Shown: in pieces, positions 1-10,729 of the stretch | How positions within the stretch are numbered: position 1 is the stretch's first letter | Layout of the letters: each line of letters starts with the position of its first letter | Assembly (NCBI GenBank): GCA_963737155.1 | Contig: CAVTRN010000002.1 | Coordinates: 864,001 to 928,000, forward strand | Length of the DNA stretch: 64,000 nucleotides | Reading direction: 5' to 3' | DNA from: Nitrospirota bacterium | GTDB taxonomy: Bacteria; Nitrospirota; UBA9217 | Made by a program: the position numbers and the translations under genes | The notes under the pieces: generated by a model | The model's input: the letters and a program-made list of their open reading frames with translations, nothing else | Databases searched by the model: none | What the model was told of the DNA's origin: nothing

Positions 1-669
1 CGCGAAAAAGGGCTCCTGGAAGTCACTGTCCGGAACATCCGGGATTATGCCGATGACAAGCATAAAACCGCCGATGACAGTCCCTACGGCGGGGGGGCGG
101 GCATGGTGCTCAAGCCCGACCCCATCTTCAAAGCCTTCGAGGCGATGAAGGCCGACCATCAGGGAGAAGAGTTTCTCGTGATCCTGCTCTCTCCCCAGGG
201 CAGGGTCCTGAATCAGCGCAGGGCGGAACAGCTTTCCGAGGAGAAACGCCGGATTGTTCTCCTCTGCGGGCACTATGAAGCCATCGACGAGCGGGTCATA
301 GAGGCCCTCGTGGACGAGGAGCTCTCGATCGGCGACTATGTCCTGACTGGCGGCGAGCTTGCCGCACTTGTGGTGATCGATGCGGCGGCCCGGCTTCTGC
401 CCGGCGTTCTGGGCGACGAAGAGTCAGCGTACCGGGATTCCTTCGGGGATGGTTTGCTTGATCATCCCCATTATACGCGGCCCGCTGAGTTCCGGGGCAG
501 GATGGTGCCGGATGTGCTGCTCTCGGGCAATCATGCCGAAATCGAGAAGTGGCGGCGGCGCGAGGCGCTCAAGGCTACGCTTTTAAAAAGGCCCGAACTT
601 CTCGCAACTGCGGACCTTACCGACGAGGACCGGGAGATACTTGCTGAGCTAAGAATATCGGGGAATTAG
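1..669 (+). CDS. trmD: tRNA (guanine-N1)-methyltransferase TrmD, 5'-truncated by window edge
   Basis: Frame is open from base 1 (DDSPYGGGAGMVLKP); motifs CGHYEAIDERV, SIGDYVLTGGE, PHYTRP, LLSGNH; upstream of rplS. Confidence 0.97.
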   Translation, partial: REKGLLEVTVRNIRDYADDKHKTADDSPYGGGAGMVLKPDPIFKAFEAMKADHQGEEFLVILLSPQGRVLNQRRAEQLSEEKRRIVLLCGHYEAIDERVIEALVDEELSIGDYVLTGGELAALVVIDAAARLLPGVLGDEESAYRDSFGDGLLDHPHYTRPAEFRGRMVPDVLLSGNHAEIEKWRRREALKATLLKRPELLATADLTDEDREILAELRISGN

Positions 670-722
670 ACGACGAACATTGAAATATCAATTCAGTTTT
701 GGACTGTTAAGGGAGGTTTACC

Positions 723-1124
723 GTGGACATCATACAATCTTTGGAAAAGGCGCAGTTGAAAGAAGGGATCCTGAATTTCCGCGTGGGTGACACCATCCGC
801 GTTCATGCGAAGGTCGTCGAAGGCGACAAGGAGAGAATCCAGGTATTCGAGGGAGTCGTGATCGGCCGTCAGGGTGCGGGCTCGCGCGAAATCGTCCGCG
901 TCAGGAAGCTTTCCTACGGGGTCGGTGTTGAGCGGCTTTTCCCGCTCCATTCGCCCATGATTGACAAGATCGAGATCGCCAAGGAAGGTAAGGTCCGCAG
1001 GGCCAAGCTTTACTTCCTCCGCGAACTGCGAGGCAAGGCGGCCAGGATCAAGGAAAAGGAACGGGCACTTGCTTCAGTGGCAGGCGCCACGCAGACGGAA
1101 GCGGCGGAACAGCAGAAGTCTTAA
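723..1124 (+). CDS. rplS: 50S ribosomal protein L19
   Basis: [39 protein letters not shown]; GGAGG RBS; trmD-rplS-rnhB synteny. Confidence 0.98.
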   Translation: MDIIQSLEKAQLKEGILNFRVGDTIRVHAKVVEGDKERIQVFEGVVIGRQGAGSREIVRVRKLSYGVGVERLFPLHSPMIDKIEIAKEGKVRRAKLYFLRELRGKAARIKEKERALASVAGATQTEAAEQQKS

Positions 1125-1273
1125 ACCGGCTAAAACAACAAAACCCCAGGCGCAAAGGAATGTCAAGTGACGCCTCTTCCTAGAAGCGGAAACCATTTGG
1201 CATTCTTTTTTTCTCTTTAAAACATGCTATCGGGCTTTAGGCTTTGTGAATCTTTTTATTCAGTGAGGTCCCT

Positions 1274-1963
1274 ATGCCCCGTGGCCGGCACCGCCAGCGG
1301 GATGCCCAGCTAGACCGCGACGACCTGTTTTCCGGAGAGCTTCTTTGCGATCCACTCTTGTTCGAGCGGAAGGCGCGGGAAGCGGGTTTTTCCCGCATTG
1401 CGGGACTCGATGAAGCTGGCAGGGGGCCGCTTGCGGGACCAGTGGCCGCCGCCGTCGTGGTGCTTCCCGACGGGCTCCTGATACCGGGGCTCACCGACTC
1501 CAAGCAGGTTTCAGAAAGAGAACGGAACCGGCTCTTTGAAGTGATTCGGGAAAAGGCGGTATGCTTCGGCGTCGGAATCGCTGACGAACGGACCATTGAC
1601 GACGTGAACATTCTCCAGGCGACTATAATTGCCATGGAACGCGCTCTTTCGCAGCTTGCCCCACCGCCGGACTACCTGCTAATCGATGCCCTCACTCTCC
1701 CGCGCGTTTCACTTCCGCAAAATGGAATTGTTAAGGGAGACTGCCGCAGCCACAGCATTGCGGCTGCATCAATTCTCGCCAAGGTTACGAGGGACCGGAT
1801 GATGCTAGAGCTGCATGAGCAATATCCCCGGTACAATTTCAAGAGGCACAAGGGATACGGGACCCGCGAACACCTTGAACTTCTCCAGAAGTACGGTCCC
1901 TGCGAGGCGCACCGCAGGACCTTCAACCCAGTTGCGCGGATGCTTGCTGGAGCGCAGCTTTGA
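1274..1963 (+). CDS. rnhB: Ribonuclease HII
   Basis: AGLDEAGRGPLAGPV, DSKQ, KGD, SIAAASILAKVTRD, HKGYGT, HRRTF motifs. Confidence 0.96.
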   Translation: MPRGRHRQRDAQLDRDDLFSGELLCDPLLFERKAREAGFSRIAGLDEAGRGPLAGPVAAAVVVLPDGLLIPGLTDSKQVSERERNRLFEVIREKAVCFGVGIADERTIDDVNILQATIIAMERALSQLAPPPDYLLIDALTLPRVSLPQNGIVKGDCRSHSIAAASILAKVTRDRMMLELHEQYPRYNFKRHKGYGTREHLELLQKYGPCEAHRRTFNPVARMLAGAQL

Positions 1964-2066
1964 GCCTGAGCCGCAAGCCGCTCAGGACGGATCCCTAGTT
2001 GCCAGCGATTGCACTAAGTGGTATATTGATCTTGCCCCGTTCATCCGCTCTTGATGAAAAATACCA

Positions 2067-3389
2067 GTGGTAACGAAATCATATAAAATAGGCCTGGTCA
2101 GTCTTGGCTGTCCCAAAAACCAGGTTGATGCCGAGCAGATGCTCGGTGTGCTGGCCGGCTCCGGATTCGAGATCACGCCGGACCAGCAGGACGCCGACGT
2201 GATCGTGGTGAACACCTGCGGGTTTATCGAGTCAGCCAAGGAGGAATCCATCGAAGCTATCCTTGACGCAGCCAGGATGAAGCAGACAGGCCGGTGCACA
2301 AAGGTCATCATCTCCGGCTGCCTCGCGCAGCGGTACAAGGAAGACTTATTGAAGGAAATGCCGGAGGCCGACGCAGTGGTGGGCACCGCCGAGATCGGCA
2401 GAATCGGGGAGATCTGTAAAGAGGCGCTTGGTGGAAAGGAACATCTGCTCAAGGTCGCTGCTCCCGCCATGGTTTACGGTCTTCCGCGCTTGAGCACCAC
2501 GCCGCGCCATTACCGCTATCTCAAGATCGCCGAAGGATGCAGCAACCGGTGCTCTTACTGTGCCATCCCGATCATCCGGGGGAATTTCAGGAGCAGGCCT
2601 TTTGCGTCGATTCTGGACGAGGCGCGGAGCCTCGCGGACGAAGGAGCGAAGGAACTCATCCTCCTGGCGCAGGATTCAACGGCCTATCGCGATAGTGAGG
2701 CGGACCTCCCCATACTGCTCCAGGCGCTGGCGCGGGTGCCGGGCATCGAATGGGTACGGCTCATGTATGCTTATCCGGGCAGGATAAGCGATGCGCTCAT
2801 GCGGGTCATGGCCGATGAGGAAAAGATATGCAAATATCTCGATATTCCGATCCAGCATTTTGATGACAAGGTGCTCAAAGCCATGAACCGGCGCGGTGAT
2901 TCTCGTGACATCCGCACAACCATTGAGCAGCTGCGAAAACGCATTCCCGGGATCGCGCTTCGCACCTCGCTTATCGTAGGGTTTCCCGGCGAAACCGGGG
3001 CCGCGTTCAAGCGCCTTCTCTCGTTCATAAAGGAAACTGAATTCGAGCACCTCGGGGTTTTCACCTATTCTCCGGAAGAGGGAACGGCGGCATATGATCT
3101 GAAAACGGAAGTCTCCGCGGAAATTGCCGCAGAGCGGTTCCAGACAATAATGCGAACGCAGGCAAAAATATCGTTCAGGAAAAACCAGTCGCTCATCGGT
3201 TCCCGCAAGCGGGTGCTCATTGACGGAATGGAGGACATGGCCCTCATCGGCAGGCTTTCGACACAGGCGCCCGAAATCGACGGCATGGTGTACCTGTCCG
3301 AAACCGAGGCGGCTCCGGGGGATTTTGTCGATATTACCATCAAGGATGCCACGGAGTACGATCTAGTGGGAAGCAGTGAGGCTCTGTAG
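2067..3389 (+). CDS. rimO: Ribosomal protein S12 methylthiotransferase RimO
   Basis: SLGCPKNQVD, NTCGFIESAKEESI, EGCSNRCSYCAIP (CxxxCxxC), APEIDG and C-terminal TRAM domain. Confidence 0.95.
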   Translation: MVTKSYKIGLVSLGCPKNQVDAEQMLGVLAGSGFEITPDQQDADVIVVNTCGFIESAKEESIEAILDAARMKQTGRCTKVIISGCLAQRYKEDLLKEMPEADAVVGTAEIGRIGEICKEALGGKEHLLKVAAPAMVYGLPRLSTTPRHYRYLKIAEGCSNRCSYCAIPIIRGNFRSRPFASILDEARSLADEGAKELILLAQDSTAYRDSEADLPILLQALARVPGIEWVRLMYAYPGRISDALMRVMADEEKICKYLDIPIQHFDDKVLKAMNRRGDSRDIRTTIEQLRKRIPGIALRTSLIVGFPGETGAAFKRLLSFIKETEFEHLGVFTYSPEEGTAAYDLKTEVSAEIAAERFQTIMRTQAKISFRKNQSLIGSRKRVLIDGMEDMALIGRLSTQAPEIDGMVYLSETEAAPGDFVDITIKDATEYDLVGSSEAL

Positions 3390-3509
3390 GCAGAAGGTAG
3401 TCAGGCAAGGGAAGATTCACATATACGAGATGAGGGACTGGCTGGCGATTGTCATCAATCTGAGGCATTGCCTCGTTAAACGATAAAAAAGAACACCGAA
3501 AGGGAATTT

Positions 3510-4721
3510 ATGGATACCAACAATCAGGCAGCGCAGATACCGGACAATGAAGAAAATTTTGCGGATATGTTCGAGAAAAGTTTTAAAAAGCAAGGCAAGC
3601 TTGAACCCGGCCAGAAAGTTGAAACAGTCATCGTTAAGATCTCATCGGAATGGATATTCCTTGATCTGGGTGGGAAAGGCGAAGGTTACCTGGATAAGAA
3701 AGAGATGCTTGATGAGGCCGGGACCCTGAAGGTCAAGGAGGGCGATAGCATTACGGCCTACTTCGTATCCGCAGGAAATAACGAAATGCATTTCACCACC
3801 AAAATCGGGACAGGACCGGGAAAGCAGAGCCAGCTTGAAGATGCCTGGAAGAGCGGCATACCCGTGGATGGGACGGTGGTAAAGGAGATGAAGGGCGGGT
3901 TCGAGATAAAGATAGCGGGCAGCGTTCGTGCATTCTGTCCTTTCTCTCAGATGGGATTGCGGCGCGACGAACAGCAGGCCCTCTATATCGGCAAGACCCT
4001 GTCGTTCAACATCATCGAATTCAGCGAAGGGGGTAGGAATATCGTGGTCTCCCGAAGAGCGATTCTTGATAACGAGCGCCGAAACAAGTATGCGGTATTG
4101 AAGGAGACGCTGAAAGAGGGAGCGAAGGTGACTGGGACTGTGACCTCGATCCAGAAATTCGGCGCCTTTGTGGATATCGGCGGAATCGAGGGTCTGTTGC
4201 CTGTCTCCGAGATTGCCTGGACCAGGACTGAAAAGGTGAGCGACATCCTGTCTGTAGGCCAGACTGTCGAGGTGATCATCAAGAGGCTCGACTGGGACAA
4301 CCGGAAGTTCTCCTTCAGCTTGAAAGACGCGATGCCCGATCCCTGGGAGCGTATAGTCGAAACTTTTCCGATCGGATCCTTTCATGCCGGGACGGTTTCA
4401 CGTCTTGCCCCCTTCGGAGCTTTCGTAACTCTGAAAGAGGGAGTGGATGGACTCATTCATATTTCGAAGTTAGGTGCCGGCAAAAGGATTAACCATCCGC
4501 GCGAAGTGGTTAAGGAGGGGCAAGCTGTCGAAGTGAAGGTGGAGGCTGTGGACGCTGGCCAGAGAAGACTGTCTTTGTCCCTTGCCGAGATCAGCCGTGC
4601 GGAAGCGGAAGAGGCCGCTACGATAAAGGAGTATAATCAGCAGTCAAAAGACGCGCCGCAGAACATGGGGTCCTTAGGCGACATTCTGAAAGCGAAATTG
4701 CCTCATCAGGAGAAAGAGTAA
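3510..4721 (+). CDS. 30S ribosomal protein S1-like protein (four S1 domains)
   Basis: Repeated S1 motifs FGAFVDIGGIEGLL, FGAFVTLKEGVDGLIHIS, RAFCPFSQ; C-terminal MGSLGDIL; shorter than six-domain RpsA, may be a paralogue. Confidence 0.85.
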   Translation: MDTNNQAAQIPDNEENFADMFEKSFKKQGKLEPGQKVETVIVKISSEWIFLDLGGKGEGYLDKKEMLDEAGTLKVKEGDSITAYFVSAGNNEMHFTTKIGTGPGKQSQLEDAWKSGIPVDGTVVKEMKGGFEIKIAGSVRAFCPFSQMGLRRDEQQALYIGKTLSFNIIEFSEGGRNIVVSRRAILDNERRNKYAVLKETLKEGAKVTGTVTSIQKFGAFVDIGGIEGLLPVSEIAWTRTEKVSDILSVGQTVEVIIKRLDWDNRKFSFSLKDAMPDPWERIVETFPIGSFHAGTVSRLAPFGAFVTLKEGVDGLIHISKLGAGKRINHPREVVKEGQAVEVKVEAVDAGQRRLSLSLAEISRAEAEEAATIKEYNQQSKDAPQNMGSLGDILKAKLPHQEKE

Positions 4722-5073
4722 ATATTTTCGCTGGTGTCAGTTGTGTCGCTGCACCCGAATTTGTCACCACAAAAAATGCGGCCTTTGATGGTGGAGTTAT
4801 CCATGAAATCCCTGGTGATGAACAACATCATTATTATGGCCGGACGATAGCCGCTGCCTTACTCGAACCAACGTTTCTACCGAATTTCCCGCCACAAGCC
4901 GGCAATGAGCGCGTTCCATGTCGCGTTTTCGCTATTGCCAAGCAGTGTAACCAGCCGATGCCTGTTATGACAACATTAGCTTTCATTGGGCGCAGTATAG
5001 GGTTTTTTTCGGGCATGTTCGAGAGCGATTTGAACAATCATCGAGAAATCATGGATTAAGCGATGAAATCAGT

Positions 5074-5101
5074 TTGACAATGCAACAGGTTGTGCTATAG
5101 T
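5074..5101 (+). promoter_or_regulatory. Putative sigma70 promoter of the DUF4912 gene
   Basis: TTGACA-16 bp-TATAGT with extended -10 TG, about 50 bp upstream of the ATG at 5153. Confidence 0.6.
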
Positions 5102-5152
5102 ATAGAATACTTAAGAGAAACAGGCATTTAAAATCCGAGAGGGGGGGTTGAG

Positions 5153-6190
5153 ATGAAAAAGACCGATCTGCTAGCTATGGTAATAGATGAGCTCAAAGCC
5201 CTTGCCAATAAAATGAAGATAGTTTTGCCTGTCAGGGCGAAAAAAGCTGAAATAATTGATTCGCTTATGACCACCGCCAGCGCCGGGAAAAAAGCAGCTG
5301 CAAAAAATACAAAGGTGAAAAAATCTACCGCCGAAAAAGCGATGGCGCAGAAGGTAGTGAAGAGCAACCCCTCGGCAAAAAAAGCTGCGCCCGCGAAAAC
5401 AACCTCCAAATCAGCGGTGAAAGCAAAACAGTCCACGGTAAAGAAACCAAATGCTGCAGTGAGTAAAACTACTGCTCCTGATAGGACGCTGGGTCGCGGT
5501 CTTCCTGACCCGATCTATCCGGTCCATGATTGGAAGATACCGCCGAAGGCCGAAGAACCTCTTCTTGCCCACGAGCGCGCTGTTCAGTCGAAGTATTATA
5601 CCGGATCGGAAGGCCAGCAGGCAGCTGCGGAGTCCGGTGTACTGCCTCAGGGATACGGGGAAGACAGGATTGTTCTGATAGTGCGGGATCCTTTCGTGGT
5701 TCATGCTTACTGGGAAGCGACAACGGCGCGTCTTGAGCATGAAAAAGCCTGGTTCAGCTGGGGAAGCAAACTCTTCATCCGGATTTTTGACGTCACAGGT
5801 GTGCAGTTTGACGGCAGAAATGCCATCGGCTATTTCGATCAGGAAGTGAACGAACAGACTGGAAGCTGGTATTTCGATCTCGGACGTCCCGGCCATTCGT
5901 TTTGCGCTGATCTCGGGCTGCTCTCGCCGGAGGGACGTTTTTTGTCCTTGGTGCGGTCCAATTACATAACCATACCCCGGGACGGAGTGTCCGAGGTGGT
6001 TGACGAAGAATGGATGCTTGCGGATGAGGAATTCTGGAAACTTTACAATTATCCGGAGGGATTTCAGGGCGGGCTTTCATCGCCCCGGCGTGGACCCCAG
6101 GAATGGGAAATGATGAAGCGCCGGCGGCTTCAAGAAATGTCCTCGCCCGGTCTTGCTGCGCGGGATCGGGCCAAGGCCCGGAGGAAGTAG
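5153..6190 (+). CDS. DUF4912 domain protein with Lys/Ala-rich N-terminal region
   Basis: LPQGYGEDRIVLIVRDP..HAYWE, RIFDVTG, SWY, RSN.ITIPRD motifs; typical neighbour of GH57. Confidence 0.8.
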   Translation: MKKTDLLAMVIDELKALANKMKIVLPVRAKKAEIIDSLMTTASAGKKAAAKNTKVKKSTAEKAMAQKVVKSNPSAKKAAPAKTTSKSAVKAKQSTVKKPNAAVSKTTAPDRTLGRGLPDPIYPVHDWKIPPKAEEPLLAHERAVQSKYYTGSEGQQAAAESGVLPQGYGEDRIVLIVRDPFVVHAYWEATTARLEHEKAWFSWGSKLFIRIFDVTGVQFDGRNAIGYFDQEVNEQTGSWYFDLGRPGHSFCADLGLLSPEGRFLSLVRSNYITIPRDGVSEVVDEEWMLADEEFWKLYNYPEGFQGGLSSPRRGPQEWEMMKRRRLQEMSSPGLAARDRAKARRK

Positions 6191-6251
6191 CCCCATGATA
6201 AGCGCGGTCAACTCGAGTGAGGGGTGATGCGCGCCGCGAACCGAAAATTAT

Positions 6252-6285
6252 AAAGTCCATCCGGTCCCGGGTGGACTTTTTCTTT
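6252..6285 (+). terminator. Intrinsic terminator-like hairpin
   Basis: AAAGTCCATCCG-gtcc-CGGGTGGACTTT followed by T-rich tail. Confidence 0.6.
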
Positions 6286-6300
6286 GTCTGAGCCCGAGGT

Positions 6301-7965
6301 TTGATGAAAAAAACGGTAAAAGGCATTGCACGGCCCGTAGCCGGGGAAACAGCCGGTGGGGGTCGTTCAGCTCTTGCAGCGGGCAGGGAACGGGGTTATC
6401 TTGCGCTCGTCCTGCACGGCCACTTGCCCTTTGTGCGGCACCCGGAACACGATCGGTTTCTGGAAGAGGACTGGCTGTATGAGGCCATCACGGAGACTTA
6501 CATCCCGCTTATCAATGTGTTCGAAGGACTGGTGCGGGATGGCGTGGATTTCCGCCTGACCATGAGCCTTACGCCCACACTTATCTCCCTGCTCATTGAC
6601 CCGCTGCTGCAGCAACGATACCTCAGACATATCGGCAAACTCATAAAGCTTGCGGATCAGGAACTCGAGCGCACGAAAAAGGAGCCGGAATTCCATTCTC
6701 TTGCTGCGATGTATCGCGAGCTTTTCACGAACGCGCGTGCGGTCTTCGAGGACCAGTACGGCTGCAATCTCGTGAAAGCATTCCGGAAATTCCAGGACCT
6801 GGGGAAGCTCGAAATCATCACCTCAGCCGCCACTCATGCTTTCCTGCCGCTTGTGGTAAACCCTAAGGCCGTGCGGGCGCAGGTCATGGTCGCCGTCGAC
6901 TTTCACCAGAAACACTTTGGACGTCTGCCGGAAGGCATCTGGCTGCCGGAATGCGGATATTACGAGGGGCTCGAGGTGATCCTGAAAGAGGCTGGCATCC
7001 GCTATTTTTTTACTGATGCCCATGGTTTGTTCCACGCTACGCCGCGCCCCAAATACGGCGTGTACGCGCCTATCATCTGCCCGTCGGGCGTGGCGGCGTT
7101 TGGCAGGGACATTGAATCGTCGCGACAGGTTTGGAGCTCCATCGATGGCTATCCCGGCGATTATCACTACCGGGATTTTTATCGTGACGTCGGTTTTGAC
7201 CTCGATTTCGACTATTTGAAACACTTTCTCCATTCCGACGGCCTGCGCACGAACCTCGGAATCAAGTACTTCCGAATCACCGGGCAGTCGGACCACAAGG
7301 AACCCTATTCCCGCCAGGCGGCGATCGACCGAGCGGCGATGCATGCGGGCAATTTTCTTTCCAACCGGGAGAAGCAGATCGAATGGCTCTCCGGACTTTT
7401 CCAGGGCCGGAAGCCGATAATCACGGCGCCGTATGACGCAGAGCTCTTCGGCCACTGGTGGTTCGAGGGGCCGGAGTGGATCAACTTCCTGATCCGAAAA
7501 ACCTTTTTCGACCAGGGCACCGTGCGCCTGATTACGCCGATGGAGTACCTTGCGGAAAATCCCGAATGCCAAGTCGCGGCGCCCGCGGGATCGAGCTGGG
7601 GACACATGGGTTACGCCGAGGTCTGGCTGGACGGTTCGAATGACTGGATCTATCCCCACCTGCATAAGGCCGCGGACCGCATGATCGAGCTGGCGCAGGC
7701 ATATCCGCGGGCCAAAGGCCTTATCCGGCGGGCGCTGAACCAGGCGGCGCGCGAACTACTTCTGGCGCAGAGCTCTGACTGGGCATTTATCATGAAGGCC
7801 GGTAGCCACGTGGATTACGCCGTCGGTCGAACGAAGGAGCATATTGCCAGATTCATCCGTCTCTACCAGGATATCAAGGGAAACTGTGTTGACGAAGCAT
7901 GGCTCGGCGATATAGAATACAAGGATAATGTATTCCCCGATATCAACTACACCGTCTATGCTTAA
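6301..7965 (+). CDS. Glycoside hydrolase family 57 / DUF1957 (branching enzyme-like)
   Basis: LHGHLPFVRHP, WLYEAITETYIP, GIWLPEC, PYDAELFGHWWFEG, AQSSDWAF motifs; start uncertain. Confidence 0.92.
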   Translation: MMKKTVKGIARPVAGETAGGGRSALAAGRERGYLALVLHGHLPFVRHPEHDRFLEEDWLYEAITETYIPLINVFEGLVRDGVDFRLTMSLTPTLISLLIDPLLQQRYLRHIGKLIKLADQELERTKKEPEFHSLAAMYRELFTNARAVFEDQYGCNLVKAFRKFQDLGKLEIITSAATHAFLPLVVNPKAVRAQVMVAVDFHQKHFGRLPEGIWLPECGYYEGLEVILKEAGIRYFFTDAHGLFHATPRPKYGVYAPIICPSGVAAFGRDIESSRQVWSSIDGYPGDYHYRDFYRDVGFDLDFDYLKHFLHSDGLRTNLGIKYFRITGQSDHKEPYSRQAAIDRAAMHAGNFLSNREKQIEWLSGLFQGRKPIITAPYDAELFGHWWFEGPEWINFLIRKTFFDQGTVRLITPMEYLAENPECQVAAPAGSSWGHMGYAEVWLDGSNDWIYPHLHKAADRMIELAQAYPRAKGLIRRALNQAARELLLAQSSDWAFIMKAGSHVDYAVGRTKEHIARFIRLYQDIKGNCVDEAWLGDIEYKDNVFPDINYTVYA

Positions 7966-9334
7966 ACCGTCAGTCCTGAAGGAGCTTGCGAAGATTGTCG
8001 GTCCTGCGAACCTTCTGACCTCACCCGAAGAGCTTACCGTCTATTCCTACGATGCAACGGGCCGGGAATCGCTCCCTTGGGCAGTGGCGCGCCCTGTACA
8101 TGCCGATGAGGTTTCGCGTATACTCATCCTTGCCAACCACGAGCGCTTTCCCGTTGTGCCACGCGGTGCGGGCACCGGCATGTCGGGAGGTTCCGTGCCG
8201 GCGCAGGGCGGCGTGGTGCTCTCCTTCGAGCGGATGAACAGGATTATTGAGATCAATGAAGAGGATTTTCTTGCAGTCGTGGAGCCCGGCGTCGTGACGG
8301 CCGAGCTCCAGCAGGCAGTAGAAGCAAAGGGCCTCTTTTACCCTCCCGATCCCGCGAGCCACCAGTTCTGCACTATCGGAGGAAATGTGGCTGAATGCGC
8401 CGGCGGCCTCCGTGCAGTCAAGTATGGCGTGACCAAAGATTACGTGCTCGGGCTCGAAGTCGTGCTGCCGACGGGTGAGATCATCAACACTGGCGCGCGA
8501 ACCGTCAAGAGCGTGGCAGGGTACGACTTGACCAAGCTCATCGTAGGGTCGGAAGGGACTCTTGGCGTGGTCACGAAGATCACTGTCAGGCTTCTGCCTT
8601 TGCCCGAGAGTGTCAGGACGTTGGCGGCGTTCTTTAAGAGTGTGGATGAGGCGGCCCGTGCCGCCTCAAGAATCCTGGCAAACAGAATCATGCCACGAGC
8701 GCTCGAACTGGTTGACCAGGCGGCGCTCCGCGCGGTTGAGACCTATCTGAAGCACGATTTTTCCGAAGGAGCGAAGGCCATGCTGCTGGCGGAAGTCGAC
8801 GGGCCTCCCGAGTCCACTGCACGCGAGGGCAAACGCGTTGCAGATAGTATGATGCAAGCAGGCGCCATACGAGTCGATCTTGCCGATGCTCCGGCCGATC
8901 GGGAGCGTCTCTGGAAAGCACGACGCTCGATCTCTCCAGCGCTTTATACCATCAAGCCGAAAAAACTGAATGAGGACATCGTGGTGCCGAGGAGCAGGAT
9001 TGCCGATATCTTGCGGGATATAGATGAGATCGCGAAGAAGCACAATCTCCTGATCGTGAACTTCGGCCATGCCGGCGACGGGAATATCCATACCAATATC
9101 ATGATTGATGACGCTGACCTGCCGCGGGCTGAGGCTGCGGTGAAGGAGATTTTTGAGGCTACACTCCGCCTGGGAGGGAGCATCAGCGGAGAACACGGGA
9201 TCGGCCTGACAAAGGCTGTCTATCTTCCCCTGGAAGCCGGACCGGGTGCGCTTGCCGCGATGCAGCGGATCAAACAGGCCTTTGACCCGAATAATATTCT
9301 GAACCCGGGAAAGATATTCCCGGAGCCTCGCTGA
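7958..9334 (+). CDS. FAD-linked oxidase, GlcD/D-lactate dehydrogenase-like
   Basis: PRGAGTG, YPPDPAS, TIGGNVAECAGG, GSEGTLG, GHAGDGNIH, SGEHGIG, FDPNNILNPGK; ATG at 7958 overlaps the GH57 stop. Confidence 0.9.
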   Translation: MLKPSVLKELAKIVGPANLLTSPEELTVYSYDATGRESLPWAVARPVHADEVSRILILANHERFPVVPRGAGTGMSGGSVPAQGGVVLSFERMNRIIEINEEDFLAVVEPGVVTAELQQAVEAKGLFYPPDPASHQFCTIGGNVAECAGGLRAVKYGVTKDYVLGLEVVLPTGEIINTGARTVKSVAGYDLTKLIVGSEGTLGVVTKITVRLLPLPESVRTLAAFFKSVDEAARAASRILANRIMPRALELVDQAALRAVETYLKHDFSEGAKAMLLAEVDGPPESTAREGKRVADSMMQAGAIRVDLADAPADRERLWKARRSISPALYTIKPKKLNEDIVVPRSRIADILRDIDEIAKKHNLLIVNFGHAGDGNIHTNIMIDDADLPRAEAAVKEIFEATLRLGGSISGEHGIGLTKAVYLPLEAGPGALAAMQRIKQAFDPNNILNPGKIFPEPR

Positions 9335-9412
9335 CGTCTGAAGATAACGTTCTTGGCAGATTGGGAAAGCGCGCTGACTTTGAGACCGCTGTACTACTGA
9401 ATAGGCCGGTAA

Positions 9413-10729
9413 ATGACGAAAAACGAGATAAGAAAGAAAACCAAACCGAAATCCGTTGAAGACCGGCCTGTCCTGCTCATCGCTGATCAGGAAGGGGAGA
9501 TATACGACGAGCCCCGCTATATCGCGGGCGGGATGTCGGGTGGTGATTTCCTTCCGCTGTCGGCTGATGATCTGATACCGCTGCCCGAGGGGAGCAGGTT
9601 TTTCTTCATTCCCAAAGGACGGCCCATCGGGTTCAATAAAAAGGGCGGGGCAGTCGTCGTGGACGGTGCCTATGCGGTGTCGGCCTTCCTGCCGCCCGGA
9701 TATACGAGAACGTATCTGCCTGCTTACGAAGAGTTTCAACCGGACCCACTGCTCCCACTCTGGTCTTATACCGCTGTCGCATGGTACAAAGGTGCTTTTT
9801 ACGCGGCAGCGGTACAGGTCGCCTGGATGAAGAAGGCTGACCCGCGGCTGCACGATGACAACATGATTGGGCCGCTTGTGAAGAAGAAGCTTGCTGCCTG
9901 TCCGAAGAACAGACTCCTGAAGCACCTCGAAAAGTGCGCCATGTTCTACCACTGCTTCGCCGCAAAGAACATCTTTGTGGGCCGCTGGGAGGCGCCGCTT
10001 CCCTCGTCTCCCTCCTGCAATGCACGCTGCATCGGCTGCCTGTCGCTCCAGGAGGGCGAGTGCCCGTCGTCCCAGGACCGCATCCAATTCGTTCCCACGC
10101 CTGAAGAGATTGCCGAGGCCGCGGTCCCCCATCTCGAGAACGCGGAGGACGCTATCGTGAGCTTTGGCCAGGGTTGTGAAGGCGAACCGCTCATGCAGTC
10201 GAAGACGCTTGTGAAAGCGGTGAAACTCATGCGTGATGCCACTTCGCGGGGTATTGTGAATCTGAATACCAATGGATTTTCTCCGGACAGGATCAAAGCC
10301 GTGCGCAACGCAGGCCTTGACAGCATCAGGATCAGCATGAATTCTGCTGACCGGGAACGCTATCATGAATACTACCGGCCCAAGGGGTATGCGTTCGAAG
10401 ACGTGATGGATTCAGTCAAAGTGGCGAAGAAGATCGGTCTTTTCACGAGCATCAATTATCTTGTGTTCCCGGGATACACGGACCGCGAGGAGGAAGTGGA
10501 AAAACTGAAAACGCTTATCGCCGATACCGGAATCGACCAGGTGCAGATGAGGAATCTGTCGCTCGACCCTGCGCTCTACATGCAAGCAGTGAAGAGGCCC
10601 CGTGGAAAAGCGATGGGAGTAAAAAACCTTGTCCTGGCACTGAAAGAAGAGTTCCCGGGTCTAACGATCGGCTATTTTAATCTGCCAGAAGCGGACATCA
10701 AAAAGGGGAAGACAAAGTCGGCAATATAA
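9413..10729 (+). CDS. Radical SAM protein of unknown function
   Basis: CNARCIGC motif, SFGQGCEGEPL, NLNTNG. Confidence 0.85.
   Translation: MTKNEIRKKTKPKSVEDRPVLLIADQEGEIYDEPRYIAGGMSGGDFLPLSADDLIPLPEGSRFFFIPKGRPIGFNKKGGAVVVDGAYAVSAFLPPGYTRTYLPAYEEFQPDPLLPLWSYTAVAWYKGAFYAAAVQVAWMKKADPRLHDDNMIGPLVKKKLAACPKNRLLKHLEKCAMFYHCFAAKNIFVGRWEAPLPSSPSCNARCIGCLSLQEGECPSSQDRIQFVPTPEEIAEAAVPHLENAEDAIVSFGQGCEGEPLMQSKTLVKAVKLMRDATSRGIVNLNTNGFSPDRIKAVRNAGLDSIRISMNSADRERYHEYYRPKGYAFEDVMDSVKVAKKIGLFTSINYLVFPGYTDREEEVEKLKTLIADTGIDQVQMRNLSLDPALYMQAVKRPRGKAMGVKNLVLALKEEFPGLTIGYFNLPEADIKKGKTKSAI

Noticed and set aside
8666-10366. 566-aa minus-strand ORF and other long antisense ORFs
   Set aside because: Shadow frames of well-supported GC-rich genes, with no recognisable motifs
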